NCBI RefSeq assembly: GCF_001194135.2
Contig: NC_068983.1
Span: 1,481,923 to 1,533,873 of the forward strand
Length of the DNA: 51,951 nucleotides
Origin: Octopus bimaculoides
Lineage: Eukaryota
Direction: 5' to 3'
In this document: positions 11,975-24,762 of the stretch, piece by piece
How the letters are laid out: the number at the start of each line of letters is the position of its first letter
Position numbering within the stretch: the first letter of the stretch is position 1
The notes under the pieces: generated by a model
Databases searched by the model: none
Told to the model about the DNA's origin: nothing
Seen by the model: the letters and a program-made list of their open reading frames with translations, nothing else
Made by a program: the position numbers and the translations under genes

Positions 11975-13710
11975 TTTAGTATGAAGAAATGGAAACTAGA
12001 TCTCTACTCAGCTGACACACTCTTAAGGAGAGTTAATATCAAAACAGGAATTTTCCAGTGGGACTCGTTGTCCCCTTTAATATTTGTCTTCTTAAGTTTG
12101 ATGCCCCTCAGTTTGATATTAAGGAAGTTAAATGCAGGGTGTCAGTTAAGAAATGGTAAGGGAAAATTTAAGCATTTCCTCTACATGGATGGTCTGAAGC
12201 TTTTTAGTAAGAATGAAAAAGAGATAGATTCCTTAACACAGAGTGTAAGACTCTTCGGCAAAGATACAGGCATGGAATTTGGCACAGGTGAGTGTGCAAT
12301 ATTAGTTACGAGAGAGGGGACAGGTAGTCAAAAGCGAGGACATCCAGTTATCAGATGGCCAGACATTAAAATCATTGAAAGGAGAGAGTTTTAAAACAAG
12401 ATATGAGTAGAATAGAAGCCTGAAAACTGAACAAGTATTTAGGAATATTAAAATCTGACAAAGTACTAACTATAGAAATGAAAACGAAAATTGAGAAGGA
12501 GTACATCAGAAGGTTGAGGAAGCTAATGGAGTCAAAACTAAATGGTCCGAATCTAGTGAAGGCTGTAAATACTTGGGCAGTATTATTACTTAGATACTCA
12601 GCAGGTTTTATAGAGGAGATAAAAACTGAATTCAGTTAGAGAGAAGAAAGCTAGACAGAAAGACTAGGAAGAAGTTTAATATAAATGTCGGACTCCACCC
12701 AAGGATAGGAGTTGCAAGGTCATACTTACCCAGGAAGGAAGGTGGATGAGTTAATATTAGTAGAAGGCTGCGTGGTGGTAGCTAGGTTATAGATAGACTC
12801 TTATATAGTAATAGTGAAGAAAGTTTATTAAAAGCTGCTCGAATTACAGCAAGACATAGAGAAAACAAAAACCCAAACGAGGTTAAAAACCAGAAAAAAA
12901 GGAAAGAAATTATCTGCCTGGCAGGAGAAGGTGCTGCATGGTAGATTCCCAAAGATAGTTTCAGTAAATAGTAGTATGAGACATGGCTATTGCTGCAGAA
13001 AGAAATCTGAAGAGAGTGACCAGAAAGTTTGTTAGTAGCTGCACAAGATCAAACATTAAGGATTAATTGGATAGAAGCCAAGATAGACAAAAACTAAATA
13101 GATTCCCACTGTAGGTTATGAAAATCAAAAGGGGAAAGCGCTACTCATATAATAAGTGAATGTAGCATGCTAACCCAGAAAGAATACAAGAAAAGACATG
13201 ACAACCTAGGGAGAGTAATCCACCAGGATTTGAACATACTAATAAATGGTATAAACATGAGCCTAGCAATATACTAGAAAGTAAGAAATACAAGATGTTG
13301 TGTTACTTCAACATTCAGGCTGACAGTAATAGCAGTTAGAAGGGATGATTTGGTAGTTGTAGTAAAGAGAAAATGCCAAATAATTGATTTTACAGTCTCA
13401 AATGATGAAAAAGCTCAATGTGGGAGGTATTAGAAAATAGCAAAGTACAAGACCTAGCTATCGAATTACAGAGAACTATGGAAAATGCTGGTAAAATGTA
13501 TCCCTGTAGTTGTATGTGAATTGGGAACTATCCCTAAAGATCTGAACAAATATAGGAAAAATGCACAATACCCAGTTTATTATAGCTCCAGAAATCAGTG
13601 TTGTTAGGGACAGCAAGGATACTTAAGATGGATGTTGGCATCTAAGGTTATTTGTTATCGCCCTATGTTGGGATTTCTTCTTTTCCAACAGTCTAATCTG
13701 TTGTGTATAT
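11975..13710 (+). mobile_element. R4/Dong-clade element, 5'-truncated: RT, CCHC knuckle, REL endonuclease, 3'UTR
   Basis: GIFQWDSLSPLIF..HFLYMDGLKLFSK; C(RL)..GESATHIISECSMLTQKEYKKRHDNLGRVIH; KYQDLAIELQ..CIPVVVCELGTIPKDL..SVLLGTARIL. Confidence 0.9.
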
Positions 13711-14029
13711 ATGTAATTGTTGACAACCTGTTGTCTCGGGTTTTACATTTCATTTCCTTTACATCTGCTGCTGTGGCTGTGTAGCCTTATCCTGGCCAAA
13801 CACTCCCTCTGGCAGGCGACGCAGATGCAGCGATGACTTTGCCTGGCTGGTTGTAAAGTCATAGTTTCTTGTTGTCTTTTCTTGTCTTTCCATTTCTCCT
13901 CTCCCCCTCTGTCACCCCTTTATGTTCCCTCTTCTATGGCGCGTCGCCAATCTCCACGGTTGCTGGCAACCGCTTCCCAGTTGCTAGTATTGTGTATATA
14001 CGAAAATAACAATATTAATAGTATACTTC

Positions 14030-14540
14030 TATATACTCTTTTCATGTCCATTTGATCCTCTTATATTTTTTCTTGGAGGGCTCAAGTTGGGGTGCTCCCG
14101 TTCAAGTGACCATCTAAGTTCGTATTCAGAGCAAATTTATGCCAATGGATGACTTTTCAACCCCAGGCTGTCTCTCCCCTCGCGTTTCCAGATTAACTAT
14201 AGTATAAGGGATTTCTGGAACTGTTGTAGTTTTCCCGTTTGTTTCTTAAGACAGATTTGTGCTATATTAAATTATTAGTATTGAACCCTGTACAGCAGAT
14301 GTAGAGATGGTTAGTGTCTCTGTCATTATTATCAACTCTGCCATTAATACTCTTGCAGCTACTTTAACTTTGCCATTCCAGCATTGTTTATTATTAGTTA
14401 CGACCAACAGTACCTTGATCTATATCGTTGTAGCTAACATTTGTAGCCACCGTGACAGTATTACCATTATTTAGTTAAGTCTGCCAACTTTGCTAGTATT
14501 ACTCTATGGTATTATTAAATGTTGTTTAGTCTTGTACTTA
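14030..14540 (-). mobile_element. Possible 5' ORF region of an R4/Dong-type element
   Basis: Minus reading ..KRIKWT*KEYIEV resembles the conserved N-terminal 'RxKWTxxE' block of R4/Dong ORFs. Confidence 0.35.
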
Positions 14541-14819
14541 ATTATAAATATGTAAGAGATATGGGGATAGTAGGAGGAAGAGAAAGAGATGGTGAATAGA
14601 CAAGAAAACGATACAAGTCTGTAAATAGGTTCAGCCGATGGTGAGAGGGAGATCAACAATGAGGTTTCACATTCCTGAGGGCTTCGAAAACAAAAGAAGC
14701 GTCACACTCTTAAAGTTAACAAAGGTCAAATGTGTTTACTGACACAGCGATCAAAGAGAGCGCAGATCCTGGCCTTGGAAAGAAGCAACTCACCCCTTGT
14801 TCGCTTTTAATTACTGACA

Positions 14820-14840
14820 CACATATATATATAAATATCA

Positions 14841-14874
<34 letters not shown>
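14820..14874. repeat. (TA)n microsatellite
   Basis: Direct reading. Confidence 0.9.
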
Positions 14875-14876
<2 letters not shown>

Positions 14877-15439
14877 TGATATTTACACCGTGGAATTTTT
14901 CTTTTCATAGATTTTGCTGTGGTTTACAGTTTTTTTTTGAATTGTGCAGTCTGTATGTATTTGCAGTTGAGTTTTTCATGATCGTTTGTGCGTCTGACCA
15001 GAGAATACTGTGGTGTTCTTGCAATAACAGGTCTGTTTAGATTCTCGAATTGCCAGAGAGAAAGAAAAGTTTACATATTCACAGAAAATTATAGATAGTA
15101 AAGTTTTAATGCTTTCAAAGATGTGAATCCTGCAAGAGGAAACTATTGATACGAAAGTTTTTAATCTTATTTGAGAGAAAATTTGAAATAATCACAGGAA
15201 ATTGTAGATATTACAGTTTTTAAGTGTTATTTTTCAGTTGTTCTCCTGTGTTGTAATAGATGTTTTTGTCTTCTGTGGCTGACTAGTCAGAGCAGCGAAG
15301 AACACGTTCAGTCGCTAAGTATAAATCAAGACATGACAAAGTTGGGCAATATATATAGTGGATATCTTGGCATAAAATCAAAACAACTGACAAATGGTAC
15401 AATCCCCACCCTGAGGCTCTAACTGAGGGTGAAAATGTA

Positions 15440-15890
15440 ATGATTCTTTAGCACTTCCCAGTATGTACAGACCGGACCATCAAAGCTAATAAATCAGACC
15501 AAAGTCTGTTTATTGATTGAGCATACCCTGTTGACCATATCTCGGCAAATTAATTTTATAAGCTCAGTAAATATAAATATTTGCTAATCAAAAAGATATG
15601 GTATTTCAAGACAGTTACAACACCATTGATTGTAGGAGCACTTTGAGTGATAATAAAAGGAACTGAAAATTATTTAAGAATGATCCATGGCTTACCATCC
15701 ATGCAGGAAGTGACAAAGATTGTCATAACGGACACGTCACACGTTTTGAGAAGAGCATCGTTGCTGTAAATGTTCTTTCCTTTTACCCGCCCCTTTATTT
15801 GTTTACTTATTTTCATTTTTATCTTTTGCTTTTTATATGTTTTTCTTCCCCCTTTTCTCTATGACATAACTATGTAAATGAACAATCTGA
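15440..15890 (+). mobile_element. R4/Dong REL endonuclease 3' fragment with 3'UTR
   Basis: FPVCTDRTIKANK..KIWYFKTVTTPLIVGAL*VIIKGTENYLRMIHGLPSMQEVTKIVITDTSHVLRRA. Confidence 0.8.
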
Positions 15891-15914
15891 TGTGTTTATT
15901 TTAGTGACTTATCA

Positions 15915-15996
15915 AAATATACAGCGAGTTTCTTTGCCCTGCGTTTCAGGAAGACACCCAACAAGAAATGGAATCAGGATTGAAAGAAAGATAGCA

Positions 15997-15997
<1 letters not shown>
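15915..15997 (+). repeat. Short dispersed element ending in (TAA)n; homologue at 18680-18745
   Basis: cgagtttctttgccctgcgtttcaggaagacacccaacaagaaatgg versus cgagtttctctgccctaggtgtacggaaaacactcggcgagaaatgg. Confidence 0.65.
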
Positions 15998-16054
<57 letters not shown>

Positions 16055-16068
16055 TAATAATAATAATG

Positions 16069-16114
<46 letters not shown>

Positions 16115-16127
16115 TAATAATAATAAT
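15998..16127. repeat. (TAA)n microsatellite with TGA interruptions
   Basis: Direct reading. Confidence 0.95.
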
Positions 16128-16389
16128 GGCCAGCATGTGGTCAGTGGATGGTCACTACTGATGAGGTACAAATCACACCAAAATCACATGCTACAGTAGT
16201 TTCAGTACCAGTGCAGGAAATTTCTCATCTGCAACTGATATCTCTGTGCTTTTATGCACAAGACGTCAATGTGAGAGACTTTCTGAAGATGAATTCTGCA
16301 GTGTTATGACACACTTATAATACATTCACATTAAGTAGGATACAAAGTCTGCTATTCAGTAATAATAATGATAGTATTACTAATAATAA

Positions 16390-16753
<364 letters not shown>

Positions 16754-16908
16754 TGATAAATTGGTACAAATGGAAAGATAGAACACCTACAACAAAAAGG
16801 AACGTTGCTTGGAACTGCAAGAATTCTTCGCAGGTTTCTTAGTCTGCTGGCTGTGGACAGCTGACACTTTCTATTCATACACAGCAAAATAAGCAGTAAG
16901 TTTTCATG
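16754..16908 (+). mobile_element. Very short R4/Dong 3' fragment
   Basis: IEHL..KGTLLGTARILRRFL plus 3'UTR shared with 18844-19100; flanked by microsatellites on both sides. Confidence 0.8.
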
Positions 16909-16909
16909 A

Positions 16910-16982
<73 letters not shown>
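16909..16982. repeat. (TAA)n microsatellite
   Basis: Direct reading. Confidence 0.95.
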
Positions 16983-17029
16983 GCACCACATATGCTATAT
17001 AGTTGACGTTGAGTAAATTATGTATAGTA

Positions 17030-18254
17030 GAAAACATAAGAGAATTAATTAGCCTTATTCTGAAAAATTGAAAGTAGATCTCTACTCAGGTGACACTCTT
17101 ATGGAAAGTTAATAAGAGAGGAATTTTCCAAGAAGACTCGTTATCCCCTTTAATATTTGTCTTATGTTTGAACCCCTCAGCTTAGTATTAAGGAAAGCAA
17201 AGTCAGGGTATCAGTTCCGAAATAGTAAAGGAAAAATTAACTATTTGATTGACATGGATGATTTGAAGCTTTTTAGTATGAATAAAAAGAAGATAGATTC
17301 TTTAATGAAAGCTGTAAGACTCTTCAGCTATGATATAGGTATGGAATTTCACATAAATGAGTGTGAAAAGTTTATTAAGAGCTGCTAGAATAAGAGCAGG
17401 ACATAGGGAAACAAAATAAAAGGCAAACGAACTTAAATAAAATATCAGAAAAAGTTCAAAAGTTATCAGATTGGCAAGTGAAAGCATTCAATGGTAGACT
17501 CCCAAAGATAGTTGCAAGAAATAGTAGTGAGACATGGTTACGATTTTAGAAAGTAAAGCTGAAAAGATAGACAAAAATTTTGTTGGTACAGTACATGATC
17601 AACCATTGAGGACTAATTGGATAAAATACAATATACACAAAGACCAGGTAGATCCTCAATGTAGTTTATTCAAATCAAAATCGGAAAGTGTTACTGGCAC
17701 AAAAAGAATATAAGGAATAGAAAGTTAGGACAAGAAAAAACATGACAACCTAGGGAGAGTAATCCACTGTTAGTTATGAAGAAAGCAAAGAATTTCACAT
17801 ACTGATAAATATTATGAAGATGAACCTAGTAAAGTACTAGAAAGTAAGAGATATAAGGACAGAGTAACAGAAGCTAGAAGGTTGTATTTAGTAATAGTAG
17901 ACAAAGAGAATAGAAAGTTAATTGACTTTACAGATCCAAATAATGAGAAAGTCAATATGAGAGGTATAGAGAGAATATCAAGGTACCAGGATGTTGCCAT
18001 TGCATTACAGAGACTATGGAAAGTGCGGGTAAAATGTATCCCAGTAGTTATCGGTGTTATAGGATCCATCCTTAAAGATTTGACCACGTGGATAGAAGAA
18101 ATAGTCATAGAACCTAGTTTAGTACAGTTCCAGGAAACTTATTGCGGACAGCTAGGTTACTTCAGACGGTTCTTGACGTCTAAAGTTACTTGTTGTAGCC
18201 TGATGTTAATATTTGTTTTCCTTTCTAACAATTGAATTTGTTGTGCATAAATTA
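17030..18254 (+). mobile_element. R4/Dong element of the same family as 11975-13710, with an internal deletion
   Basis: GIFQEDSLSPLIF, DMDDLKLFS, HDNLGRVIH, YQDVAIALQRLWKVRVKCIPVVIGVIG. The sequence jumps from RT directly to the region equivalent to about 12820. Confidence 0.85.

Positions 18255-18310
<56 letters not shown>
18255..18310. repeat. (TAA)n microsatellite
   Basis: Direct reading. Confidence 0.95.
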
Positions 18311-18311
<1 letters not shown>

Positions 18312-18608
18312 CTGGAAATAGAGATAACTCGAATGTGGAATCTAAAAACAGAAACAATTCCTATCATAGTAGGTGCCTTAGGTATAATAAAAAAAATATT
18401 CAGACAAATACATAACAAAAACACCAGGACTTACAAATATATATAACATACAGGAAATTGCACTACTGGGTACTGCACACATTCTACGCAAAACACTTTC
18501 AATACAGTAAACATAAGAGCACCACAGCAAACCACAGCACATACCCAAGGCGCACAGAGCTGCGCTCGGTAATGAAGTGAAAGCACGTTATAAAAATAAA
18601 ACTACTGA
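18311..18608 (+). mobile_element. R4/Dong 3' fragment (distinct family)
   Basis: LEIEITRMWNLKTETIPIIVGALGIIKK..NIQEIALLGTAHILRKTLSIQ*, then 3'UTR and a TAA tail. Confidence 0.85.
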
Positions 18609-18761
18609 ACAATAATAATAATACTAATAATAATAATACTAACAATAATAATAATAGTGTGTGAACTGGGAATGCATACAACGAGTTTCTCTGCCCTAGG
18701 TGTACGGAAAACACTCGGCGAGAAATGGAAGAAAATTTGAAGAAAGAAAAAAAAACAACAC

Positions 18762-18830
<69 letters not shown>

Positions 18831-18843
18831 GATAATAATAATA
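18762..18843. repeat. (TAA)n microsatellite
   Basis: Direct reading. Confidence 0.95.
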
Positions 18844-19100
18844 AGTTGGGAAATACGAAGGTTGTGGACGACGAAGAGAGTAGATGTGATACCAATAATA
18901 ATTGGTGCACTTAGAAGTATCAGCACTCGACTACTAAAAGATCGGTGCAAGTGTGAAGGTGGAAGACCTACAAAAATTAGCATTACTTGGAACTGCAAGA
19001 ATTCATCGCAGGGTTCTTGAAACCTGGCTAGTAAAACAAGTATCCCCTTAGTCTGCTGGTTTTCATTCATACTCAGGAAAACAAGCTGTGACTTTTACTA
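18844..19100 (+). mobile_element. R4/Dong 3' fragment
   Basis: WEIRRLWTTKRVDVIPIIIGALRSIST..QKLALLGTARIHRRVLET, then 3'UTR and a TAA tail. Confidence 0.85.
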
Positions 19101-20404
19101 CAATAATAACAATAATAACGAAAAGAAGAAAATGAAGAATTGAAGTGGGCCAAAATTTATTTATTGTGTGCATGCATTAATAAAATTTTCTCAAATAACA
19201 TTAATATTCCCATCGATGACATCAATTTTAACACAAACAATGGTAATTCTGAGAATAAAATATTCCTAATGTAAAGTCTAACATTTTGGTTCTTTTTACA
19301 ACAGCAACAACATCTACAAAGTGGCAGCGGTAGTTTTATTGTCAAAAACAGCAAAATTAACAGCTGTAAGAGAAAGGTCAAACACAGTAGAAGTTAACGT
19401 TTGCACGAGAGTAATGTACATGCATAATTTTGCATCTTAATATTGTAATCGAACAACGGAAGATGGAGTGAATATAGAGTGCAAGAAATGTTACTCCCCA
19501 AGAGAATTATGTTAGACAATGGAAAACAAATATTTAGGTTCCCATTCTATATGGTAGTTTTAAATGAAATTTTTCAAATCAGTCTTAATTTTTTTTTTTT
19601 TTTGTATAAAGTAGGTCGCTGATATCATACCAAGAGGAGAATTTCCGTTTTATTAGTAGCGTTAACTTACAATTCCAAAAGCACGGGACAATTAAAAACA
19701 TTTCAACAACATCGTGTCAGAAGAGAGCATGATTGAAAATAACCATAAAATAAAATGATGGCCAGGGTACCAGAAACAGTAGCAGATGTATTAGGTACTA
19801 AACCAGTTCTGGTATCTTAATTGTTGGAGGGAACGGATCTGTGGAATAGTTTTAATAGAACTGTTGAAATGATGGATGTGCCAAAAGAACACAAGGCTAT
19901 ACAAGATACTCTTTCAATGACAAAGAATTTTAGATAAATCCGCAACTGGATATTTGGTCGGTGAATAGGAGATACATTAGCATTATTACTGTTGTTGAAA
20001 TTGTTCATTTTAAACAATAGCAACATAGGAGAGGTAAACATGAACACAATTTAAACTTATTATAATAATAAAATTAAGAGACTTAACTTTTAGTAGTGTT
20101 TGATCTGTTTGCGAAATAAGAAAACCAATGAAGCTTGCAGTATGTGGTGTTAATGAATAAAGAAGAATAGCTAAATTATTGAGATGCTCCAATCAAACCC
20201 AAAACAGAACCAGGTGCTTTGGTCCAAAATGACAGATTAAAGGAGAAAAAAGCAGAAAAGTATTAAAGAAAATAAAGTCGTTGTTTTGCCGAGAGGAAAT
20301 AAGAGAGAAACATGCCCGTAGTTGTCACTTATACTCGCGGAAAACTTTATATAATCTCAGTGATTACACTGATATTGTCATTAAAAGATGTTTATCTAGA
20401 TATA

Positions 20405-20843
20405 CATCGTCCTTAGAGGTTTCTACCCTAGTAGACGTTAAGAGGTAGACCACCCACAATTGCCTCTATGGCTAGGAAGACCCCTATAGAGAGATGGAGC
20501 GGATGGACCAGAGTCATACGGACCCCCGCTAATATTCATCAGGTGAAAATGATCGCACATGCACTAGGAGCTAGTATAAGAGTTACCCTAAAAGGCCACA
20601 CATTTACGTTTAACAACAAAATATACGCCCAGGACGAGGGGGCAGCCATCAGTGTTAGTATCGCCGGTGATGTGGCCAATCTCTTCATGGTATGGTGGGA
20701 CAGAAGGCTTAAGGAACGCCTGACACTGAACTCCATACTCGTGAATATGTACTCTCGATATGTCGATGATATCAACGTAGTGGTAAAGACACCACCACAA
20801 GAGAGTACTCTTGAAATAGAAATAGAAACTAATACTATGGAGA
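20405..20843 (+). mobile_element. Penelope-like RT fragment running into the gap 20844-21437
   Basis: RGRPPTIAS..HTFTFNNKIYAQDEGAAISVSIAGDVANLFMVWWDRRL..YSRYVDDIN, an open frame containing the RT catalytic YVDD. Confidence 0.85.
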
Positions 20844-21584
20844 NNNNNNNNNNNNNNNNNNNNNNNNNNNNNNNNNNNNNNNNNNNNNNNNNNNNNNNNN
20901 NNNNNNNNNNNNNNNNNNNNNNNNNNNNNNNNNNNNNNNNNNNNNNNNNNNNNNNNNNNNNNNNNNNNNNNNNNNNNNNNNNNNNNNNNNNNNNNNNNNN
21001 NNNNNNNNNNNNNNNNNNNNNNNNNNNNNNNNNNNNNNNNNNNNNNNNNNNNNNNNNNNNNNNNNNNNNNNNNNNNNNNNNNNNNNNNNNNNNNNNNNNN
21101 NNNNNNNNNNNNNNNNNNNNNNNNNNNNNNNNNNNNNNNNNNNNNNNNNNNNNNNNNNNNNNNNNNNNNNNNNNNNNNNNNNNNNNNNNNNNNNNNNNNN
21201 NNNNNNNNNNNNNNNNNNNNNNNNNNNNNNNNNNNNNNNNNNNNNNNNNNNNNNNNNNNNNNNNNNNNNNNNNNNNNNNNNNNNNNNNNNNNNNNNNNNN
21301 NNNNNNNNNNNNNNNNNNNNNNNNNNNNNNNNNNNNNNNNNNNNNNNNNNNNNNNNNNNNNNNNNNNNNNNNNNNNNNNNNNNNNNNNNNNNNNNNNNNN
21401 NNNNNNNNNNNNNNNNNNNNNNNNNNNNNNNNNNNNNTACAGGCACTCCCCATACACACAAATGCACTTACAAAACATAGAAACACTGAGGGATACGCAT
21501 GCGTAGACACATACAATAGGAATACAAAATACAAAACGGCTGATAGTTAGCAAGGTGGGATACATATAAGAAAGAAGAAAGCAA

Positions 21585-21630
21585 AGGACCCCTGATGAGG
21601 TCACAGGAGGGTGACGAAAGAACTCTGGCC
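21585..21630 (+). ncRNA. Hammerhead-like core (candidate, imperfect stems I and III)
   Basis: CTGATGA-G-GTCAC-aggagg-GTGAC-GAAA, located downstream of a PLE RT. Confidence 0.4.
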
Positions 21631-21740
21631 GAAATAGGATTAATGTAATGTAATGTAATATAAAGCTGAAGCAAATTAACACCAAATATACAGCGCGTGT
21701 GTTTTTATTGGCTAAACTGGCAATATGACCATCTCCAAGT

Positions 21741-21782
<42 letters not shown>

Positions 21783-23064
21783 GTAAGTCGGTAGGTAGAT
21801 AAATAGACTTAGATATGGAAAACTTGACAACTTGTGCCCATAGAAAGGAACCGTATGTCTATTATAGCGATTATATTTCAAGTACTGTAGTCATTAGGAT
21901 ATATTCAATGACATCAAATTATCACTTAATTGATAACTTGTAAATCTACTTCATCTGTGATCGAATATCACGTGGATAAACCAATAATTATCAAACTGCT
22001 GACCTTCACCAATAAATATGTATATAATGTGTTCGATAGCTTCTCATTTACAACTTGGAAGATGGAAACCAAAACATTGCTCTAGCAGTAAGGAAAATAC
22101 CTGACCTCGTGACAGCTGCAGTACATGTCAGTACTAATAGCGTAGATGGGGGGGGGGGGGGTTATGACATGAAGTAGTTCCCTATCAACTTTAAAATTGC
22201 TACGATCATTTAGATGGAATTTCGAATCAGTTCAAATATATCGTTCCTGTCAGACACACAACATTCCAGGTATTTCAAATATTGATTACTTATTCTTAGA
22301 CATGAGGTTTATTTATCTGTGTCAGCAAGGAAATATTAAAATCGATTATACATTTTGGAACTAATGTCTTTAATAACGAAAAACATATTCTACTAACTTG
22401 AAACTGAGAATCAGATATAAAACGAAATAATGTAAAGCACTTGAACAACTAAAATCTGGTGCCAAACACTGACAATGCTCTAGACGTATTTAATTTCTCT
22501 TGGCCCACATTAACTTACTTCCCTCTTTTTTCTCTCAACGTCAGCTATATCAATTGTCAGTAGACATTTAAGCTACTATGAGGAATGATCTTTTTCGCTA
22601 ATCCGTCTCAAAGAAGGATCGCACCAAATTCGTCCTCTTTATTTTCCCATTGATAAGCTTACATTTGTCAATACATCGTCATATCGTCTGTGACGCCAGT
22701 ATTTTGACGTGGATTTCTTCTGTTTAACATGGTTCGTTAGTTGAAGATGGATTATGAATGCCAATTTGTTCAACTTCTCTGAACATTGTGATTAAGTTGA
22801 ACCCAGTAATAATGTTGGTATTTTATTCTGCTCAAATCAACAATTGACCGTTATTCGTACACGTTTGCATATGTTCAGTTATAATTGTCATCACATTCAT
22901 ATCCGCTCATCTTAACGACTCTGTTTACAATTTCTTCGGCAATTTTCATAATTGCAAATTATGCCATTGCTAACATTTCTTTTGTCTTCTTGTGGCACTT
23001 TATTGTGATGATTGTTTTTGTTACTGTATTGTTAGAATAGTGTCAAGGCGCCTAAATCAAATAT

Positions 23065-23335
23065 TCAGATCAGGATCGGAAGGTTGTGCGTTCGATTTCC
23101 GGTAGCGCGTTATGCCCTTGAGCAAGACACTTTATTTCACATTGCTCCAGTCCACACACCTGAACAAAATGAGTTGTACTTGTATTTCAAATGGCCAGCT
23201 TTGACACATTTTGTGTCATGTTGAATCTCCCTGAGAAGTACATTAAGGGTACGCGTGTCTGTGGAGTACTCAGCCATACGCATGTTAAATTTCACACACA
23301 GGTTACTCCGTTGATCAGATCCAATGGAACCATCG
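23065..23335 (+). mobile_element. SINE family A (CORE-like central domain)
   Basis: B-box GTTCGATTTCC, CORE-like cccttgagcaagacactttatttcac, and a body shared with the 911 and 28660 copies. Confidence 0.85.
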
Positions 23336-23533
23336 TCGTCATAACCGACGGAGTACCAGTTTACAGTATTTACATTTGACGGATATTTGTCCTCATCTTG
23401 TTTGTTGTTAACACATTTCGGCTGATACACCCTCGAAATTTCGAACCTGGGTTCTCATTCTTAAGGTATTTTTCGATGTTGTTATAGTTGTTTATTATCA
23501 TTATTATTATTAATATTATTAATATTATTCAAG

Positions 23534-23604
23534 TTACTGCCAGAAATCGAACACGGAATCTTGGAGTTAGTATCCCGCCCTCTTAACCACTGCGCCATGT
23601 GCCC
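23534..23604 (-). promoter_or_regulatory. tRNA-derived Pol III promoter-like segment inside the PLE terminal repeat
   Basis: A-box TGGCGCAGTGGTTAAG and B-box GTGTTCGATTTC. Confidence 0.7.
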
Positions 23605-24564
23605 GTGTACAATCATGGAGTGAATTATAGGACTTATAAATCTAACATTTTCCTATCCTACCTTAATACCGGTTCCCATATGCTATTAATATTTGCACTC
23701 GGTCTTCTTAGGAGGTTGTTGTGTTGTGTCGTAGCATATGTGCTGCTTCTTTTAGTTCTGGTATTTTACAGTGGTTTTCTCTGTCTATCATTTTAACTTC
23801 ATCCCACAGGAGGAGGTGGTCTCCATTTTTCCATACATGATCAGCTATACCCGATTTATCAATATCTCCTCTTGTCACAGCTGTGCGATGTTCCCCTATC
23901 CTTATTTTGGGTGGGGCGGCATATTTCGCCTTTGTATAGCCTACCACAGCTGCATGGGTTGGAATACACGCAGTCTTTGGTCATATTCTCTTCTATTGGT
24001 GGTTTTACTCGTAGGAGATATTTGCGAAGTGGTGTATTACTTTTGAATACTGCCCTGATGTCATATGGGCTGCATATCTTTTGTATCTTTTCAGAGAGGT
24101 CTTTCACATAGGATAGACAGAGTGTGGGCAGTTTATTGGTTTCATCCTCTCCTTTCTTCATAACTAGAGTGGATAGTAAGTTTTAGGGGTATTTACTGCT
24201 TAATAGATTGTTACTTAGCTTGATCACTTCTTCGTGGTGTTTATCGCAATCGCTACTTATATTCTTTGATCGATGTTTTAGGCACTGAGAAATCCTTCTC
24301 TTTACACTGTATGGATGGTGGGAATTGAAGTTGAGGTATCGTCCAGTGAAGGTCGGTTTGCGGTATACGGATGCCCTGAATCTGTACTTGGTACGTGATA
24401 TTAATACGTCCAGGAATGCTAGCTCCCAGAAGATACAAACGACATGCGGCCCATATGACATCAGGACAGAGTGCAGACATGAATAGCATATGGGAACCGG
24501 TATTAAGGAACGTTAAGAAAATATTAGATTTATGAGCTATAAAATTCATTCCCCAATTGCCCAC

Positions 24565-24636
24565 GGGCATATGGCAAAGTGATTAAGAGCGTGGGCTACT
24601 CACCCCAAGATTCTGAGTTCGATTCCGGGCAATGAT
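24565..24636 (+). promoter_or_regulatory. tRNA-derived Pol III promoter-like segment inside the PLE terminal repeat
   Basis: A-box TGGCAAAGTGATTAAG, B-box GAGTTCGATTCC, and an anticodon-loop-like CTACTCA. Confidence 0.7.
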
Positions 24637-24667
24637 CTGAATAATAATTATAATAATCATATAGAGA

Positions 24668-24714
24668 AATAGCTTATGAAGGCTGGGGGGTTATATCAGC
24701 CGAAACGTTGTGTT
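24668..24714 (+). ncRNA. Minimal type-I hammerhead ribozyme relic (core mutated to CTTATGA, 5' strand of stem I lost)
   Basis: CTTATGA-A-GGCTG..CAGCC-GAA-AC-GT-T-GTGTT. Confidence 0.6.
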
Positions 24715-24762
24715 AACAACAAACAAGATGAGGACAGATATCCGTCAAGTGTAAATAATATA

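Larger units (their letters stand above)
23340..24762 (-). mobile_element. 5'-truncated Penelope-like element (RT thumb and GIY-YIG) between inverted pLTR-like repeats
   Basis: Minus ORF pieces LAFLDVLI..VYRKPTFTGRYLNFNSHHP, LSYVKDLSEKI..CVYSNPCSCGRLYKG and RIGEHR..SGIADHVW..KEA. 23340-23700 is an inverted homologue of 24468-24762. Confidence 0.9.

Noticed and set aside
19820-20020. Plus-strand frame LLEGTDLWNSFNRTVEMMDVPKEHKAIQDTLSM as an exon
   Set aside because: No convincing splice sites or recognisable homology.
24565-24636. Functional tRNA genes here, at 23534-23604, and in the SINE heads
   Set aside because: Acceptor and anticodon stems are broken and the segments are embedded in repeats. 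They are tRNA-derived, not tRNAs.
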